A stretch of 64,000 nt of DNA, from positions 192,001 to 256,000 of the forward strand of contig JBGPGO010000001.1 of NCBI GenBank assembly GCA_041483895.1. The letters run 5' to 3'. This DNA comes from Fimbriimonadia bacterium (GTDB lineage Bacteria; Armatimonadota; Fimbriimonadia; Fimbriimonadales; JABRVX01). The position numbers were made by a program, and so were the translations under genes. Positions 1-9,332 of this stretch are shown one piece after another. Below the pieces are notes generated by a model. That model had not been told where the DNA came from, did not search any database, and worked only from the letters and a program-made list of their open reading frames with translations. Position 1 is the stretch's first letter. Every line of letters begins with the position of its first letter.

Positions 1-657
1 GCCCCCATTAGTCCAGGCGACATTCCCCGTAATCATGTTGCCAACGATCTGTCCGCTGTAGTTCGAACAGTAGATACCGCCACCGTAGTTAATTGAATTA
101 GAATATTGCGTTGTATTGCCGCTGACGACGTTGTTCAGGATCGTGCATGACGAATTCGAACAGTAGATTCCAGCTCCCTGAACAGCCCCCGAATTCGATT
201 TAATCGTGTTGTTGGCAATTGTGAAGCTCGACGATGTGCAGGAGATCCCTTGCGTACCACCCGTAATCGTAAAGCCGTCGATTGTCGCGGTCTGTTCCCC
301 AAGGTTGTTGCACAAAACCAAGACGCCACTCTTCGGGCCAATCGTTGTCACGTTCGTAACCCAATTCCTTTGGGAAAGAACGGATTCTGTCCCGGCGAAG
401 CCCCCGTACAGGTACACATACCGCTTCAGAATGACGTTCTCCAGGTAGCTCCCAGCAGCCACCCACACATCACCAGGGCCTACTAACGCGGCCGCATCGA
501 TGCCACCCTGGATCGTTTTCTTCGCTTTCTCCCAAGACAAACCGTCATTCGAATCAGAACCCAATGGCGTGACGTGGATCGTCACAATTCCGAACCCAAT
601 AGAGTACACGCCGACCATGAACAACATGCAGGCAAGCGCTCGAATCAAGTTTCTCAT
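1..657 (-). CDS. Secreted right-handed parallel beta-helix (pectin lyase-like) protein, 5' part; runs off the left edge
   Basis: Not in the ORF track. Manual translation from ATG at 657 (GGAGG upstream) gives MRNLIRALACMLFMVGVYSIGFG (signal peptide), HVTPLGSDSNDGLSWEKAKKTIQGGIDAA..VWVAAGSYLENV, IDGFTITGG and repeated GGGIYC/NNxxxxN rungs; open to base 1. Confidence 0.8.
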   Translation of the reverse strand, partial: MRNLIRALACMLFMVGVYSIGFGIVTIHVTPLGSDSNDGLSWEKAKKTIQGGIDAAALVGPGDVWVAAGSYLENVILKRYVYLYGGFAGTESVLSQRNWVTNVTTIGPKSGVLVLCNNLGEQTATIDGFTITGGTQGISCTSSSFTIANNTIKSNSGAVQGAGIYCSNSSCTILNNVVSGNTTQYSNSINYGGGIYCSNYSGQIVGNMITGNVAWTNGG

Positions 658-741
658 TTCTGTGCCTCCGCTAATCGATAAAACCATATTGATATTTGCC
701 ACTCGGCTAGACTCCCAAATTATTCCTCGGCAAAGCCATTA

Positions 742-2481
742 CTATCGTCTCTCACGACCGAAACCCAAACGCTCCTGTGCTTTGAGTTCGACGTTTATCC
801 ATAGTCTCACTTCAGCCAGGTTCGGATTCATCTCGTCAATCGCGTAATTCAGCGCCAATCGACGGCCGAACTTTCCTGACTCCAGCTTGCCGTATGCCTC
901 CGCAAGGATGTGAAGCGCCATCCGGCCTCGCGGAGACCGGAGTTCATCGTCCGTCATCCATTCGATCTGTTGTTTGATTTCGCCGATGTACTTTCGCAAG
1001 TCCGGGTGATTTGGTCCTTGAACCCGATTGATCGCCTTGATTAGCCAAGGCACTGCTCCTCGGTCCGGATTCAAAAGTCTCGCCGCATCCGCAGCTTGCA
1101 CCGATGGCTCGAGATTCGGTGGCCTCGGCGGATCGAAAGGACGTCCTTCTCGTTTACCAGCGTCCAGGCGGCGCTTCACTTCGTCCAGGTGCTCTTGCTC
1201 CGCAATAACCCGCCGTACTTCCGTCAGCGCGGCAAAGGCCGGATTGCAGCGCAACCCGAAGCGGCCGACGTTTTCCAGCTTCTCATTGGCCCATTTCCAA
1301 TACAGCCTCGACGCAGGGTCGTAGATGACCGAGCAGGCATAACTCGCGATCATGTAGTCGTGCCAGCCGTCGTAGAGATCGCTGAGCCATTGCTGTTGAC
1401 CCGCTACGACAGTCTCTCGGCGGGCCATAAACGTCTTTGCGGGAAGCCAAGGCAACTCGTTTAATTTCCGTTTCGGTGGCTCTGCGGTTTCATCTTCCTG
1501 CGTTTTTTGGGCTTCGAGAACCCGATTGGCAATGGCCTCCGACTGCTCATCCCAGGTCACGATCTCTTTGGCGACAATTGCAATGGCCTGCATGCGCGGC
1601 GTGTGGGAGCTCTCCGGCAAGAGGGCCAGCGCATCGGGTACGTAGTCCGGGTAGCCGTGCAACAGAAGGGATTCCGCGAGTTGTTCGACTTCGGCGGGCT
1701 TTGCGCCGGTGACGGTCAAGCGCCGTTGAAGCGCAACGATCTCTCGCGGCCAGATCTCTGGGCTGGTCTCCCTTGGCGAGAAGATGAAGACTTCGGGTTC
1801 CTCGTTGGGGACAAGGATCAGGAGCACCCGCTGTCCCGCCCGTGCCGTCCTGCCTCCGATTTGGATTGCGCGCCGGGCGACTTGCAGGGCGATCCGGTGT
1901 TCTGATAGGACTTGGAAGTTGGCCTGCGAACCAAGACCTTCGATCTGCCCCTTGCGGCCCACCACGAATGCGTTGGCCCTGCCGAACCACTGCCATGACC
2001 AGAATCCGGCTTGTGTCACATGAACTTGAGGCTTTGTCGAACCCTGCCGAATGGTGGTCCCAAGGAACGAACCGCGGACCATTGTCTGGCCGCTCGGATC
2101 CCGAATGGCGAATTGTCCCGCCGACGGAAACTCCAGGACCGGAATTGCGGCGCTTTTGAGGACGCCATACGTCGACACTGCCAGAATTGTGATTGCCGCG
2201 GCGAAAAGTAACTTGCCGGCTGGTCGCCGGCGTTGGCGTTCCAGGTTCCGCATTACGAGTCGTGTAAATCGCGCGGCCTCCTCGGGCGATGATGGCTCCG
2301 CCGAGCGGAAGTGGTCCTTGAGCAGACCCGCGTCGTCCTGCATGGTCTTAATTCGGTCGCGGCAACTTTGACAGCTATCTACATGGCGCTGAATCACCTC
2401 GCGTTCGGATTGCGAAAGTTCGCCGTCTATCAGCGCCAGCAGGATCTCCGGGGCCGGGCATTCTATTTGTCCTTCGGTCAT
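742..2481 (-). CDS. Zinc-finger (HxxxCxxC) anti-sigma factor with TM helix and large extracytoplasmic domain
   Basis: C..LLALIDGELS..HVDSCQSC motif, then basic RRR and a hydrophobic helix; 4-bp overlap with the upstream ECF sigma. Confidence 0.8.
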   Translation of the reverse strand: MTEGQIECPAPEILLALIDGELSQSEREVIQRHVDSCQSCRDRIKTMQDDAGLLKDHFRSAEPSSPEEAARFTRLVMRNLERQRRRPAGKLLFAAAITILAVSTYGVLKSAAIPVLEFPSAGQFAIRDPSGQTMVRGSFLGTTIRQGSTKPQVHVTQAGFWSWQWFGRANAFVVGRKGQIEGLGSQANFQVLSEHRIALQVARRAIQIGGRTARAGQRVLLILVPNEEPEVFIFSPRETSPEIWPREIVALQRRLTVTGAKPAEVEQLAESLLLHGYPDYVPDALALLPESSHTPRMQAIAIVAKEIVTWDEQSEAIANRVLEAQKTQEDETAEPPKRKLNELPWLPAKTFMARRETVVAGQQQWLSDLYDGWHDYMIASYACSVIYDPASRLYWKWANEKLENVGRFGLRCNPAFAALTEVRRVIAEQEHLDEVKRRLDAGKREGRPFDPPRPPNLEPSVQAADAARLLNPDRGAVPWLIKAINRVQGPNHPDLRKYIGEIKQQIEWMTDDELRSPRGRMALHILAEAYGKLESGKFGRRLALNYAIDEMNPNLAEVRLWINVELKAQERLGFGRERR

Positions 2482-3017
2482 GATTCCTCATCTCCCCCAG
2501 CGATCTCCCGCAGCCGGATTAGGGCGCGGGAGATCCGTTTACGCACTGCATCGGGTTCCATTCCTATGATCTTCCCAATCTCCCGATGGCTCATCTCCTC
2601 CCCATAGCGAAGTCCCAAAATGCGACGGTCAATGTCGGTCAAAGCCGCTACCTTGGTCGCCAGGTCCATGTCCTCACAGTTGGCATCTGGAGGATTTGGA
2701 AACAGGCTTGCAGGATCCGGGTTCGCGATCTCCTGTCTTGGCCGACGCGAGTACCGAATCCAGTTCTTGCATCGGTTCCGGCTCACAACCACGACCCACG
2801 GCAAGAGGGCCTTTCGACCGTCGTACTTCGGCGCGTGTTGGCACAGATGCAGCAAGCACTCTTGGACCATGTCCTCCCGGTCGTCGGCGTCGCAATGGAA
2901 GTTGCGGACGACCGTTTTCACGGTTGGCAGGCAACAACCGATCCACCGCTCCACCGATGCCGGCTCGCGGCGTCTCACGCCCTCCACTAACTTGACCATT
3001 TCGGGTCCGGTTTCCAT
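2478..3017 (-). CDS. ECF RNA polymerase sigma factor
   Basis: Region 2 (DREDMVQE..PWVVVVSRNRCKN) and region 4 (LTDIDRRILGLRYGEEMSHREIGKIIG..VRKRISRA); start trimmed to METGPE. Confidence 0.85.
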   Translation of the reverse strand: METGPEMVKLVEGVRRREPASVERWIGCCLPTVKTVVRNFHCDADDREDMVQECLLHLCQHAPKYDGRKALLPWVVVVSRNRCKNWIRYSRRPRQEIANPDPASLFPNPPDANCEDMDLATKVAALTDIDRRILGLRYGEEMSHREIGKIIGMEPDAVRKRISRALIRLREIAGGDEES

Positions 3018-3110
3018 GCCTTCCCATTGAGATATTACAACTAGGACCAGCAAAACCGGACATTCTGCCGCTGGGACTGGATGTTTCCGCCGCCTCCTGG
3101 TACATGTCCT

Positions 3111-3144
3111 TTTGGTATCGATAATGGCCCTTTTCGATACCAAA
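3111..3144. other. Putative tyrosine-recombinase recombination site (14-6-14 inverted repeat)
   Basis: TTTGGTATCGATAA-TGGCCC-TTTTCGATACCAAA, 13/14 arm match, directly upstream of the integrase RBS. Confidence 0.6.
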
Positions 3145-3158
3145 GGAGGCAGAAAACC

Positions 3159-3610
3159 ATGGCAATTGAACTCAAAGTTACAGAAGCTGCCCCAGCCGGA
3201 CCGGATGCGCTGGAGTTCCTTCTGAAGTCCAAAAGGAGGGAGGTCACGAGGCTGGCCTACCAGCGGGACCTGCGGCTGTTCTTCCGGGTCTTCGCCCGAA
3301 GCGAGCCGACGCCGCAGACGATCGGCGCATTCTTCAAGCTGAACACGCCCGGCGTCGTTCGGGCGATGCTCACCTTCAAGATGCAGCAGATAGAGCAAGG
3401 CGTGGCCGAAGTCACGCTCAACCGTCGTCTGACCGCCATCCGCTCGCTTCTGAGCGTGGCAAGGCAGCTTGGCCTGACGGAAGTCAACCCGCAAGGCCTA
3501 GTGCCGGGCGAGAAGACGATGCAGTACCGCGACACGAGAGGCGTCGACAAGGACGCTGCGGCCGCGATGCTCCTTCTTCCCGATACCTCAATGCTCAAAG
3601 GGAACCGCAG
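3159..3610 (+). pseudogene. Tyrosine recombinase (Xer/integrase family): N-terminal core-binding domain only, catalytic domain deleted
   Basis: AGGAGG RBS; TRLAYQRDLRLF..TLNRRLTAIRSLL..NP..YRDTRGV..PDTSMLKGNR; similarity stops where RD-x-A-I-L and the R-H-x-x-R-H-Y residues should start. Confidence 0.75.
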
Positions 3611-3629
3611 CGCGGCGAGCCTCAGTGTA

Positions 3630-3930
3630 AGCAGCGGAGAGAACCGGGCCCACTTGGGCGGAGCAAATATGTACCACTGGACGGCGCTATGCGCTGATGC
3701 TGGAACTGGAGCAAATCAACCTGCCGCTGGAGTATTTGGACACGTTCCCTGCCAGGTTCGAGGCGATCACGGCTGCGAACATCCCGCACGTCGCGCGATA
3801 ATATCCGGCAAAGAACCGCATCCAGCTGATTTCAGCAGTGGAACGCAAACAGATCGAGGCGGGAGTGCGCAAATACGGGGCTACCGAAATCGTTTTGGAC
3901 GGCCAGCTTGACGAGAGAAGAAACCGCTGA
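3630..3930 (+). pseudogene. Degenerate C-terminal fragment of an M16-family peptidase
   Basis: Frame from 3661 reads LPLEYLDTFPARFEAITAANIPHVAR*YP..KQIEAGVRKYG, like M16 C-termini; in-frame TAA at 3799. Confidence 0.5.
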
Positions 3931-3981
3931 GGAGCGGAGGTTATTGACAATCGCACGATTTGGAGGTAGATCTCATTGTAA

Positions 3982-5589
3982 ATGCTGCCCCCAGAAATTA
4001 GGACGCTGAATCCGCGCGAAATTGATCGTCTCGTCGAATGCTTCAATCGATACGAGTATGTGGTTCCGTTTATTGGAGCGGGCATGTCGGTTCCTTTCGG
4101 ATATCCAAGCTGGACAGGATTTTTGCGCGGCGCCGCAAAGGACGCCAACCGATCTGCGGAAGTAGCGAACTCAATTGCAAAAGGCATGTTCGACGACGCT
4201 GCCCAAATTATTTGCGATGCGTTCGGGCAGTCGGTATTCGACGACCTTATCACGCAGACATTTGGCGACAACGGAAGCAAGGCCAAAGGAGCGGAACCAC
4301 TCGTCGTTGTACCGCACATTACCACTGGACTTGTGATCACTACGAATTTTGACTCGAAGACTAAGGACACGTTCGCCGAGAACGATGCACCGCTTGAATT
4401 GGCACGGGGGCCCGCGATCGATACCGTAGTTGGGGCCAGCCTCGCCCGCAAGCCGTTGCTTTGGCATGTCCACGGGACTGCGGATGAACGTAGCAACCGG
4501 GTGGTGACAGCATCGGATTATCGTAGGGCATATCCCGACGAGCGGCCAGATAAAACGATCGGGGTCGCTGTCGATTGGCTGCTCGAAAGAGTGTTCGTCT
4601 CCCAAAGAATGCTCTTCCTTGGCTGCAGTTTGCTGACCGATCGCACTGTGCAAGCACTTCAAAATGCGCATGGCAAAAACCCAGTCCGCCAGCATTTCGC
4701 CATTCTGGAAGAGCCTGTTGATAGCGATAAGATTCACCGGACCCGTCAGCTCGGCGAAATGGGAATTTGTCCAATCTGGTACCCAGCCGGCAGGTACGAC
4801 CTCATTTATCCCACACTGAGATGGATCGAAAGCAACACAGCAGAGAGCATCGCACACGACAGACCTTCCGCCAGACGGCAGTTTGCCATCGTCACATATG
4901 ACGCAACGCCATCATCAGTAATTGCTCATCCGGGTTGCCTCGACCTCCGCGCCCCATTTGCGTCCGGGCCACTGGCGGATGAGGCCGCTTGGACGGACCT
5001 GGTGGCGGGGCCAGTATCGCGATTTGCTCGGACCATGTGCGAAGAGGCTTCGGCGTGTGTCGTCCAATTGAATTGCAGGCTTGCAGTCGCATTCTGTTTA
5101 GGTACGAACGTCCCAATTGGTACGGGCATAAACATCGTAATTCTGCAACAGGGCATCAGCGGACCGCGAGAGTGGTCCCCCAGATGGGGAGAGGATTCTG
5201 GTCTACGGTGGAATATTACTAAAGCTGCCGTAGGTTCGGGGCAGGACATCGTTCTATCCGTGCATGCAGGACACGGTACCCTGAAGGAGCCGCCTGAATT
5301 CGCGAGTGCAGAGATCCCCAGTGCTGGTACCTTGATCGAAGCACAAATGGAGAATACAAACGCTACTGCCGCGGTGTCCAGCGGGGCGCACGCGTACGCC
5401 CTCGCCCAAGAGTTGATTCGAATTGTGTCCGACACTAGGTCAGCCAAAACCAGCACCCATATTTTCTATAAGGGACCCATTGCACTCGCGTTTTTCCTCG
5501 GTCAACTACATAAGAGCTTAGGGCCAGGCATCTTTTACGAGTATAATTCACCGGAAGCGAGCTACGTACCCGCAATACATTTTCCGTAG
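3982..5589 (+). CDS. CBASS effector: SIR2-like NADase domain fused to SAVED cyclic-oligonucleotide sensor
   Basis: PFIGAGMS..PSW, ITTNFD, HVHG, LFLGCSL (SIR2-like); C-terminal HIFYKGPIALAFFLGQ..YEY..YVPA (SAVED); first gene of the CD-NTase operon. Confidence 0.85.
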   Translation: MLPPEIRTLNPREIDRLVECFNRYEYVVPFIGAGMSVPFGYPSWTGFLRGAAKDANRSAEVANSIAKGMFDDAAQIICDAFGQSVFDDLITQTFGDNGSKAKGAEPLVVVPHITTGLVITTNFDSKTKDTFAENDAPLELARGPAIDTVVGASLARKPLLWHVHGTADERSNRVVTASDYRRAYPDERPDKTIGVAVDWLLERVFVSQRMLFLGCSLLTDRTVQALQNAHGKNPVRQHFAILEEPVDSDKIHRTRQLGEMGICPIWYPAGRYDLIYPTLRWIESNTAESIAHDRPSARRQFAIVTYDATPSSVIAHPGCLDLRAPFASGPLADEAAWTDLVAGPVSRFARTMCEEASACVVQLNCRLAVAFCLGTNVPIGTGINIVILQQGISGPREWSPRWGEDSGLRWNITKAAVGSGQDIVLSVHAGHGTLKEPPEFASAEIPSAGTLIEAQMENTNATAAVSSGAHAYALAQELIRIVSDTRSAKTSTHIFYKGPIALAFFLGQLHKSLGPGIFYEYNSPEASYVPAIHFP

Positions 5590-5618
5590 TGCCGGAAACG
5601 GCGGAAGTAGGTGAATAG

Positions 5619-6695
5619 ATGGATCTCCCGTACTATTTTAGTGAATTCGTGTCGCGGATCCGACTGGCCGACATGGCTAACTATGTCGACGCCCATAAAA
5701 TTCTTCGTGATCGGCTGAAAGCGTACCCATCGCTCAAGGAAATCTATATTTCTACGTTCCTCCAGGGCAGCTACCGCAGACATACGGCGATCCGCACGGT
5801 GGCCGGGAAAAGTGCCGACATAGATGTCGTCGTTGTCACGAACCTAAGGGAAGAAGAAAAGACACCGACTCAGGCGATGGCCATCTTTCGGCCTTTTCTC
5901 GACGAATACTATTCGGGGCAATGGCGTTATCAGGACCGCTCGATTCTCGTTAGTCTTCCCGACCTGGAACTCGATTTGGTCGTGACCTCAGCGCCATCGG
6001 AATCTGCCAAAGCGGTATTGTTGAGCGATCCAGTCATTTCATCGTTCGATGTCACTGATGACAGGCACGATGCATTTTGGAGCAACATTGGTGGCAGCAA
6101 CGGTATTTCTGCCGCAGAATCAGCCACGTGGAAATTAGATCCTTTGCGGATTCCAGATCGTAGTGCCAAAGAATGGACATCAACTCATCCGTTGGACCAA
6201 ATCGCATGGACATGGAAGAAGAATAAGGGCTGCGATTTCAACTATTTAGGTGTTGTTAAGATATTGAAGTGGTGGCGTCGAATCACTTACGACGAGCCCA
6301 AATATCCGAAAGGTTACCCCCTGGAGCATATCACTGGGTATTGCTGTCCGGACTCCATCAACGGGCTGGCCCAAGGCATCACCGAGACACTTGAATCGAT
6401 TGTGGCCACGTTCGCGGTAGATTTCCGGTTCGGCAAGGTGCCCGTGCTGCCGGATCATGGGGTTCCGGCCCACAACGTGCTTAAGCGGCTCACTGGAGAG
6501 GATTTTGCAACGTTTTACGAAAAGGCAAGCGATGCAGCAGCGAAAGCGCGCCTCGCGCTAGATGAACCAGACAAGGACAAGAGCATCCAATATTGGCGAG
6601 AACTGCTCGGTGATGAGTTTGGCGAGGATCCCGACGAATCTGAACGCATTCTTGCACCGGCGGTGGCGAAACCCAGAACGGAGCGATTTGCCTAG
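5619..6695 (+). CDS. CD-NTase (cGAS/DncV-like cyclic oligonucleotide synthase), CdnD-like
   Basis: FLQGSYRRHTAI..DIDVV, ELDLV, LRIPDR, W..THP, VKILKWWR, PKGYPLE; tail ends in RFA. Confidence 0.9.
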   Translation: MDLPYYFSEFVSRIRLADMANYVDAHKILRDRLKAYPSLKEIYISTFLQGSYRRHTAIRTVAGKSADIDVVVVTNLREEEKTPTQAMAIFRPFLDEYYSGQWRYQDRSILVSLPDLELDLVVTSAPSESAKAVLLSDPVISSFDVTDDRHDAFWSNIGGSNGISAAESATWKLDPLRIPDRSAKEWTSTHPLDQIAWTWKKNKGCDFNYLGVVKILKWWRRITYDEPKYPKGYPLEHITGYCCPDSINGLAQGITETLESIVATFAVDFRFGKVPVLPDHGVPAHNVLKRLTGEDFATFYEKASDAAAKARLALDEPDKDKSIQYWRELLGDEFGEDPDESERILAPAVAKPRTERFA

Positions 6696-6699
6696 GCAC

Positions 6700-8493
6700 G
6701 TGTCCTTTGAAATTCCAAAGCCGATACAGATGGGGTTGCGCGAAGCCGACGGGAGCGTGCCCCAAGTTCACCTCGTACCACCAGTCATCGCTGTTCAAGA
6801 AGGCACTTTCGCCCTTGAATTTAGGATCATATCAGAACACACGAGCCAGTTCGTGCCCGAATCGACGACGTGGTACGCAATTTTGCAAGAAGACTACCCA
6901 TACGGCAAAATCGACATTTTTCCGGCAAAGGAAGGCGGGATTACTTGCACCTTTCCGCATCAGCAGTTCAACGGTCCTAATACCTCCAGCGATTATCCGT
7001 GGCGAAGCGGCAACATTTGCGTTACGGAAACCGGATATCGCATCGGTCGCGAGGTCATTCTTGCAGAGCCATTCAATAGTAAACGTCTAGCATGGCATCT
7101 TGAACAGGCGAGAGACTGGATCCAATGTGCCGCAAGAGGGCTTCTGTCGCAACCAGGAGACCCTTTTGAATTGCCGGACTTTCCTCGGTCCGAAAACGCG
7201 ACGTCCTTTGCATATTGGGAAGACCGTACGACCTTTTCTGCATGGTCAGAGATTAACGAGGTCTGCGGTCTAGCTGAACTGTGTTCTGTTCCCGGGAATA
7301 GTAGCATCCGCGCAATTAAGTCATTCAATTCGGGTCGCGACACAATTGATCTCAGACCACCCTGGGGAAAGTTTCTGAAGGACAGAACACCAACGCAAGC
7401 CGCAATATGGCTCCGATTCCCAAGCGTTCCTATTCTCCCACCTTGGCAAGTTCCTGTGACAATCGGACAGCTCATCGATGCCGGCAACGTCGTCGGACTA
7501 GATGTCACTGATCAAGTTAAGGCAGCGATGCGCCACTGCCCAGCCTCATCTATTACATCATTCCTCGTCGGCATCCCGATACCCGAGTATTTTGGCGGAG
7601 TGCCGATTCAGTGGCATTGGCAGGCGATGGAGTTCGGGCCGTCGCTGCTTGATACCCAATCCGCGAAGAGAGTGAGACGCCGAGCCACCTTCTACAAAAG
7701 GGATATCGAGACATTGACGGAGAGGTCAAGAGGTATCGCGTGGTTTCCTTCAACAAACTGGTCTAAGGATCAGCTAATGGTGCGGGGTGCCATAGAGGCT
7801 ATTCAGGATAAGTTTATCCTGGTAATTGGCGTTGGCGCGATCGGGTCTGTAGTCGCTGAACTCCTCGTACGCGGAGGTTCGAAACGAGTAATGCTGGCTG
7901 ATGCAGAACGGTTCACTGTTGGCAATCTCGTTCGGCACATCGCTTCGATCCCACATGTTATGTTTCAAAAATCCATTGCGATGGAGCATCGTTACAATAA
8001 CACAGTTCCCTATGCGAATGTCGACAGTTCTATTAGCCGATTTCGAGCCAATGGAGCAGACTTCCCCGGGCACGCTCCAAATCTCGACCTAATTGTCGAT
8101 TGCACAGGAGAGGACGCCGTCATCGAGGGAGTCCAATTGTCCGCGTTGGAGGGGGATCTCCCATTCGTATCCATTTCTCTTGGTTGGGAAGCCAAGAGGT
8201 TGTTTCTGTACAGCGCACCCAAGCAATTGATCAATGTCGAGTGGTTTCAAGAAAAGTGGAACGAGGTTACCGAAGACGAGCGCAAGGTTCGCCGCAGAGA
8301 GGACTTTACAATGGAAGGTATTGGCTGTTGGCATCCGGCGTTTCCCGCACCCATTCATCGCGTTTGGTCGTTGGCTGCTCTTTCCGTTGTAGCCCTCGAA
8401 AAACTGCTCATTGAGGGCATCAATAACCCAGGTTTCCATGTGATCGAATTTGAAGCGGAAAGCGGCTCAGCATTGATCACCAGGATTCCGTGA
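6700..8493 (+). CDS. cap2: CBASS Cap2 E2-E1 (ThiF-like) ligase
   Basis: E2-like YPY..TFPHQ..GNICV; ThiF Rossmann VIGVGAIGS, GNLVRH, DCTG; E1 catalytic EGIGCWHPAFPA; GTG start just after the CD-NTase stop (ORF track starts at 6562). Confidence 0.85.
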   Translation: MSFEIPKPIQMGLREADGSVPQVHLVPPVIAVQEGTFALEFRIISEHTSQFVPESTTWYAILQEDYPYGKIDIFPAKEGGITCTFPHQQFNGPNTSSDYPWRSGNICVTETGYRIGREVILAEPFNSKRLAWHLEQARDWIQCAARGLLSQPGDPFELPDFPRSENATSFAYWEDRTTFSAWSEINEVCGLAELCSVPGNSSIRAIKSFNSGRDTIDLRPPWGKFLKDRTPTQAAIWLRFPSVPILPPWQVPVTIGQLIDAGNVVGLDVTDQVKAAMRHCPASSITSFLVGIPIPEYFGGVPIQWHWQAMEFGPSLLDTQSAKRVRRRATFYKRDIETLTERSRGIAWFPSTNWSKDQLMVRGAIEAIQDKFILVIGVGAIGSVVAELLVRGGSKRVMLADAERFTVGNLVRHIASIPHVMFQKSIAMEHRYNNTVPYANVDSSISRFRANGADFPGHAPNLDLIVDCTGEDAVIEGVQLSALEGDLPFVSISLGWEAKRLFLYSAPKQLINVEWFQEKWNEVTEDERKVRRREDFTMEGIGCWHPAFPAPIHRVWSLAALSVVALEKLLIEGINNPGFHVIEFEAESGSALITRIP

Positions 8494-9002
8494 GCGTGAA
8501 CTACGACCAATTGGAATTCGTCGGCAAGATCTCTACAGTCCTCGTCATCGTCTCATCCACCGCACTCTCGAAAATGCTAATGGAATGCTCCGTAGACCCA
8601 GATATTGAGACCGGAGGTGTTCTGCTGGGCCGGTTTCGGACAAAGGACGCCGCAGTTCTTGTGAAGGAAGCCACCGGTTCCCCAGCCGATTCGGCTAAGT
8701 CTCCTGGGGAGTTCATACGAGGAACTGAAGGATTAGACGATACCTTGCAACGAGCATATAATTGTTCACTTCAATATGTCGGTGAATGGCATTTCCACCG
8801 CACGGCAGAACCCAGGCCGAGCGATCGTGACCGGCGCACAATGATGGGCATAACTAAGAGCGATAACTACCACATGCTATATCCGATCCTAGCGATCGTT
8901 TCAAACAAAAAGGCTTGTTGGACCATTGGCATCTACCGCTTCGAACGGAGTGGAATGTGCGAGTGCTGTGGTACAGCATTATTCGCCACTACTGGGATAT
9001 AG
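8490..9002 (+). CDS. cap3: CBASS Cap3 JAB/MPN peptidase
   Basis: ETGGVLLG and YVGEWHFH..PSDRD JAMM motif; overlaps the cap2 stop. Confidence 0.85.
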   Translation: MSVNYDQLEFVGKISTVLVIVSSTALSKMLMECSVDPDIETGGVLLGRFRTKDAAVLVKEATGSPADSAKSPGEFIRGTEGLDDTLQRAYNCSLQYVGEWHFHRTAEPRPSDRDRRTMMGITKSDNYHMLYPILAIVSNKKACWTIGIYRFERSGMCECCGTALFATTGI

Positions 9003-9332
9003 AGAACTTGCGCTTGTGCGCCCCGATGCACCGGGTGGCTGACGGGCAAAATGGCGGAGAGAAATGCGGCCACATAGGCGGAGCAAAATTGTTCCACGTT
9101 GCGACGAGCTGTGTCAACGGCGGCGGAACAGTGTACCACTGCGGCGGTGGGTTATGACCCACCTCACCGCTGAATTTAGACTTCCAGAAGTTCCGGCTCC
9201 ATTCTGGCATTGGTCGTCAGAGTCGGTCTTATCAACATTGCCGACTTTGGGGGCATTCCAGGTGGAATAATGGTCTTCTTATTAGCCATGCGAGTCCCGG
9301 CTGGCCTACTCCATTCAGGGTGGCATGTCGAT

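Noticed and set aside
3018..3494. Long N-terminal extension of the ECF sigma in the ORF track
   Set aside because: It is the antisense of the integrase fragment; sigma similarity begins near 3017
3081..3911. Intact 276-aa integrase
   Set aside because: No catalytic residues; the C-terminal part is out-of-frame read-through into an unrelated remnant
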